DNA from: Candidatus Woesearchaeota archaeon
GTDB lineage: Archaea; Nanobdellota; Nanobdellia; Woesearchaeales; UBA10216
Direction of reading: 5' to 3'
Assembly (NCBI GenBank): GCA_016192915.1
Contig: JACPTF010000011.1
Span: 2,118 to 66,117 of the forward strand
DNA length: 64,000 nucleotides
In this document: piece after piece, positions 60,025-64,000 of the stretch
Numbering within the stretch: position 1 is the first letter of the stretch
Layout of the letters: every line of letters begins with the position of its first letter
The notes under the pieces: model-generated
The model's database searches: none
Told to the model about the DNA's origin: nothing
The model's input: the letters and a program-made list of their open reading frames with translations, nothing else
Made by a program: the position numbers and the translations under genes

Positions 60025-61320
60025 ATGGGAAAAACAGCAGGGGGTGATAGTTTAGTGGTGCAGAACAATCAATACACAAAAGTCGCAAGCTACGAAGCTG
60101 AAAAGGGAAAAGTGAAGAAAATCGTGCTCCTTTATTCAGGAGGGCTGGACACCAGCTGCATGCTCACGTGGATACAGGAGGAATACGGGGTAAAGGTAGT
60201 AACGGTAACTTTGGACCTTGGGCAGCAGGGTGATGACCTGGAAGCCATAAAGCAGAAGGCACTGAAATTCGGTGCTGTGAAGGCCTACGTCATTGATGTC
60301 AAGGACGAGTTCGCCGATAACTACCTATCAAAGCTGATAAAGGCCAACGGGTCATACCAGGGAGACTACCACATAAGCACAATCAGCCGCTATTTGATGG
60401 CCAAGGTTGCCATAGATGTTGCCAAGAAGGAAGGAGCAGATGCCATTGCCCATGGATGCACAGGCAAAGGCAACGACCAGGTGAGGATTGAAGCAGCTGC
60501 CTTGACGCTGAAGCCTGACATCAAGATAATAGGGCCTGTTAGGGAGTGGAGCATGGGCCGAGATGAGGAAATTGAATATGCGGCCAGGCACGGCATACCG
60601 GTTCCTGCCAAGAAGGACTTTCCCTACAGCGTTGATGACAACATGTGGGGCATGACCTGGGAGAGCGGAGAGATAGAGGACCCTTCACAGGTTCCGAAAT
60701 TTGAGAAGTTCCTTACAACGTACACACTGCCAGAGAAGGCTCCTGACGCTCCTGAGTATGTGAAACTGGAATTCAAAAAGGGAATCCCTGTTGCGCTGAA
60801 TGGAAAGAAAATGAAGCTTTCACAGCTGATAATGCAGCTGAACAGGATTGCAGGCAGGCACGGCATCGGCATTGTGACGCACATAGAGGACAGGATAATG
60901 GGGCTGAAAGTGAGGGGTGTTTACGAGATGCCGGCTGCGCACACAATCATAGAGGCGCACCGCAACCTGGAAAAGTATGTAAGCACGAGGATGCTTAATG
61001 AGGTAAAAAGCATGATGGACACAAAATGGGCGTACCTGTGCTACGGAGCATTGTGGTTTGAGCCGCTGATGGACGCGATACATGCCTTCAATGACAATGT
61101 GAACGAGAAAGTCACAGGGACAGTGACGGTGAAGCTGCTCAAGGGAAAGGCGGAAGCGGTTGCGATTGACACGCCCTACGCACTTTATGACAGCAGGCTG
61201 GCAACGTTCATGAAAGACTACAGCTTCAACCAGAATGCAAGCGCAGGCTTTATAGAGCTTTACAGCCTGCAGATGAAGCTGGCAAAACAGGCCGAGAAGA
61301 AAGTGAAAGGCAAAAAATGA
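60025..61320 (+). CDS. argG: Argininosuccinate synthase
   Basis: LYSGGLDTS, AHGCTGKGNDQVR, YSVDDNMWG and KVRGVYE. The true start may be a GTG near 60055-60058. Confidence 0.95.
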   Translation: MGKTAGGDSLVVQNNQYTKVASYEAEKGKVKKIVLLYSGGLDTSCMLTWIQEEYGVKVVTVTLDLGQQGDDLEAIKQKALKFGAVKAYVIDVKDEFADNYLSKLIKANGSYQGDYHISTISRYLMAKVAIDVAKKEGADAIAHGCTGKGNDQVRIEAAALTLKPDIKIIGPVREWSMGRDEEIEYAARHGIPVPAKKDFPYSVDDNMWGMTWESGEIEDPSQVPKFEKFLTTYTLPEKAPDAPEYVKLEFKKGIPVALNGKKMKLSQLIMQLNRIAGRHGIGIVTHIEDRIMGLKVRGVYEMPAAHTIIEAHRNLEKYVSTRMLNEVKSMMDTKWAYLCYGALWFEPLMDAIHAFNDNVNEKVTGTVTVKLLKGKAEAVAIDTPYALYDSRLATFMKDYSFNQNASAGFIELYSLQMKLAKQAEKKVKGKK

Positions 61321-62507
61321 CAAAGCTATGGCATAAGGGGCAAGATCTGAACAGCGAGGTAGAGAAGTTCACTGTCAGCAATGACTACATATTAGACAGA
61401 AATCTGTTGAAATATGATGCTACAGCGAGCATTGCCCATGCCGAGATGCTGCACAAGATTGGAGTCATAAGCAGCGGCGAATTGGCAAAACTAAAAGCCG
61501 CCCTGAAAGAAATCACTGTTGCCGCTGAAAAAGGAAAATTCGGGATCAGGCAGGAGGACGAGGATTGCCACACGGCAATAGAGAATTATCTTGTCAGCAA
61601 AGCCGGGGAAGCAGGAAAGAAAATTCACACGGCAAGAAGCAGGAATGACCAGGCTGCTGCTGCTCTGAGGCTGTACATGCTGGATAAATTGGGAGAAATT
61701 GCAGCTGCTGCCACGGGACTGAAAAAAGAAATTTCTGCTGCAGCCAAACTGAACAAAAACATCCCGCTGCCTGGCTATACCCACATGCGGAAGGCAATGC
61801 CCTCATCTGTCGCAATGTGGTGCGCAGGATTTGAGGCTGCGCTGGAGGATGATTTGAAATTAATCGCTGCTGTCAAAGGAATACTCAACCAGAACCCGTT
61901 GGGCAGCGGGGCAGGCTACGGGCTGCCAATCAAGGCTGACAGGGAGCTGACTGCGAAGCTGCTCGGATTTGAAAGGGTTCAGGAAACAACTTACGTGCAG
62001 AACAGCCGGGGCAAATTCGAGCTGCTAGTGCTGCAGGCACTGCAGCAGCTGATGCTGGACATTAACAAGCTTGCAACCGACCTGATGCTGTTTTCGACTT
62101 CCGAATTCGGATTTGTAACGTTGCCGCAAAACTTCCTTACCGGCAGCAGCATCATGCCGCAGAAGAACAACTATGATGTTTTTGAATTGGCAAGGGGAAA
62201 ATACGGGGTGGTTAGCGGATGCGTAACAGCTGTTGCCACTATGGCAGCCAACCTGCCAAGCGGGTACAACCGCGATTTCCAGCTGACCAAGGAGCCCCTG
62301 ATGAAAGGCGTAGAAGCCACTTTGGCAACAGCGAGCATAATGGCTGCGGCAATGCGCAACTTAAGGTTCAACGAGCAAAGATGCAATGCAGCCATGACTC
62401 ACGAGCTGTACGCTACCCAAAAGGCCTACGAGCTTGTGAAGAAAGGCGTGCCGTTCAGGGATGCATACAGGAAGGTTGGCAACAAACTTTCAGGCCAGAA
62501 AAAATGA
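61317..62507 (+). CDS. argH: Argininosuccinate lyase
   Basis: IHTARSRNDQ, PGYTHM..AMP, TGSSIMPQK.N, GYNRDFQ and PFRDAY. Confidence 0.95.
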   Translation: MTKLWHKGQDLNSEVEKFTVSNDYILDRNLLKYDATASIAHAEMLHKIGVISSGELAKLKAALKEITVAAEKGKFGIRQEDEDCHTAIENYLVSKAGEAGKKIHTARSRNDQAAAALRLYMLDKLGEIAAAATGLKKEISAAAKLNKNIPLPGYTHMRKAMPSSVAMWCAGFEAALEDDLKLIAAVKGILNQNPLGSGAGYGLPIKADRELTAKLLGFERVQETTYVQNSRGKFELLVLQALQQLMLDINKLATDLMLFSTSEFGFVTLPQNFLTGSSIMPQKNNYDVFELARGKYGVVSGCVTAVATMAANLPSGYNRDFQLTKEPLMKGVEATLATASIMAAAMRNLRFNEQRCNAAMTHELYATQKAYELVKKGVPFRDAYRKVGNKLSGQKK

Positions 62508-63625
62508 CAAAGACAGAGGTAATTCTGGAGTATTTGCAGCACACCGGAGCCAAGAAAGAGGCAGACATGTACCTGAAGCTGTTTAAGGAGGTTGAACCGC
62601 ACAGGTTCGCGATAATTGCAATTGACGCCAAGACCCTTGCTGTTTATGAGAAGGATGTTGCTGTCGCACTGGGCTACTTATCAAGTCTTGGACTAACACC
62701 AATTATCCTGCATGACGCAACCGGCGCGCTTGGGAAGCAGCTTGTTTCTGACATCTGGACAAATGTAGGAAAATGTCAGGCTATAATGGCTGGGCTGCAC
62801 ACTGGCACTGACTCAGCAAGGAGCATAGCGGCAAAGGCGAAGGAACTTATGCAGGCAAAAACGATGCCGATAGTGGAGACTGAAAATGTTGACAACTTCA
62901 TTAAACAGCTGCTGCAGGCAATAAAGCCGAGAAAGCTCGTCCTGCTGAACAAGTTCGGAGGGGTAAGAACTGAAAAGGACGAGCTGCTCAGCTACATCAA
63001 CCTGCCAAACGAGTATGATAAAGTTTCAGAAATAGCTGCAGCTGAATATCGCCCACTGCTTAAAACAGCATCAGAAGCTCTGGCAGCAGCAGACTGGAAG
63101 CTGCACGTTGAAATAGTGTCGCCAACCGGGCTGCTTACAGAGCTGTTCACAATAAAAGGCAGCGGCACTTTTATCAAGAAAGGGCCGAAGGTGGTGAAGT
63201 TAAACGGCAGCAAGGCTGATAAAAGCAAAATCGTGCAGCTGCTTGAGAAGAGCTTTGGGAAAAAACTTGGCAGCAGTTATTTTGGCAGTAGCAATAAGAC
63301 GATGTTTTTTGTTGAGGAAAACTACAACGGCATTGCTGTTGTTAATAAAATATGCGACACCTATTACATTGACAAGCTTGCTGTTTTACCAGAGGTGCAG
63401 GGCGAAGGATTAGCCAGAGACATCATAACAGCTGTAATTAATAGCTGTGGCAAAATATTTTGGCGAGCAAAGCCAGAAAATCACATAAACGACTGGTACT
63501 TCCGGCTGTGCTCAGGCATGCAGAAGGCAGGAGACTGGTTTGTTTACTGGAGCGGCCTTGACACTGATGAGATAAAAGAAGCAATACTATACGCCTCTGA
63601 GAAGCCTGCTGATTTTGTGAGCTAG
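62504..63625 (+). CDS. N-acetylglutamate synthase/kinase-like protein (degenerate kinase domain + DUF619-type GNAT domain)
   Basis: EADMYLKLF...RFAII, INLPNEYD, LLTELFTIKGSGTFI, YIDKLAV....QGEG and FWRAKPENHINDWYF. Confidence 0.8.
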   Translation: MTKTEVILEYLQHTGAKKEADMYLKLFKEVEPHRFAIIAIDAKTLAVYEKDVAVALGYLSSLGLTPIILHDATGALGKQLVSDIWTNVGKCQAIMAGLHTGTDSARSIAAKAKELMQAKTMPIVETENVDNFIKQLLQAIKPRKLVLLNKFGGVRTEKDELLSYINLPNEYDKVSEIAAAEYRPLLKTASEALAAADWKLHVEIVSPTGLLTELFTIKGSGTFIKKGPKVVKLNGSKADKSKIVQLLEKSFGKKLGSSYFGSSNKTMFFVEENYNGIAVVNKICDTYYIDKLAVLPEVQGEGLARDIITAVINSCGKIFWRAKPENHINDWYFRLCSGMQKAGDWFVYWSGLDTDEIKEAILYASEKPADFVS

Positions 63626-63685
63626 GCAGAATGGCTTCTTGCAGCCAGAAAAACTTTATAAACTGCGCCAGAGCATCCCTAAGCC

Positions 63686-64000
63686 ATGGAAAAAAAGGGA
63701 ATAACCAGGCACATTCCGGTTTCTGAACCGCTTCTTGGAGGAAACGAGGAAAAATACGTCCTTGAATGCATAAGAAGCAGCTGGATAAGCTCCCTTGGAA
63801 AATTTATACCCGAATTTGAGGAGAAGTTTGCAAAATTCTGCGGCACCAAATACGGAGTTAGCGTGATGAACGGAACTGTTGCCCTTCAGCTAGCCCTCGC
63901 AGCCCTCGGCATAAAAAATGGCGATGAGGTTATCATGCCAGACCTAACGTTTGTGGCAACAGCAAATGCCGTTATGCACGCAGGGGCAAAACCGGTTTTT
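63686..64000 (+). CDS. DegT/DnrJ family aminotransferase (perosamine synthase-like), partial
   Basis: Hand translation gives IPVSEPLLGGNEEKYVLECIRSSWISSLGKFI.EFE...NGTVALQLALAALGI..GDEVIMPDLTFVATANAV. Confidence 0.9.
   Translation, partial: MEKKGITRHIPVSEPLLGGNEEKYVLECIRSSWISSLGKFIPEFEEKFAKFCGTKYGVSVMNGTVALQLALAALGIKNGDEVIMPDLTFVATANAVMHAGAKPVF

Overview
This window is archaeal chromosomal DNA. Archaeal-type MBF1, AK6-type kinase, NFACT/Rqc2 and TATA-box promoters point to an archaeon, and the gene content suggests a DPANN lineage, probably Woesearchaeales (inference). Positions 1 to ~37 kb form a large surface-glycosylation locus with five GT-C-type membrane glycosyltransferases, four polyprenol-P GT2s, two GT4s, a flippase-like protein, CDP/GDP/UDP-sugar enzymes, a sugar C-methyltransferase and three B12-binding radical SAM enzymes. 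The right part holds housekeeping and accessory genes, including rqc2, an adenylate kinase, mbf1, a GT2/thioredoxin/GT-C trio, gyrA, scpB, argG/argH/NAGS-like and a partial DegT aminotransferase. Four type II toxin-antitoxin pairs are scattered across the window. The most unusual signals are: (1) a coiled-coil/wHTH gene carrying two matching arrays of 11-bp iteron-like repeats, one inside and one just after the gene; (2) an orphan DGR-type variable region with no RT or template in the window; (3) two homologous unannotated 35-aa membrane microproteins, each directly before a paralogous GT-C gene; (4) a family of bulged-hairpin palindromic elements, one inserted in frame into yjbQ; (5) a shared operator upstream of two TATA boxes; (6) several deletion scars. 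No rRNA, tRNA, CRISPR array or intact transposase was recognised. All product calls come from motif reading by eye, not database searches.
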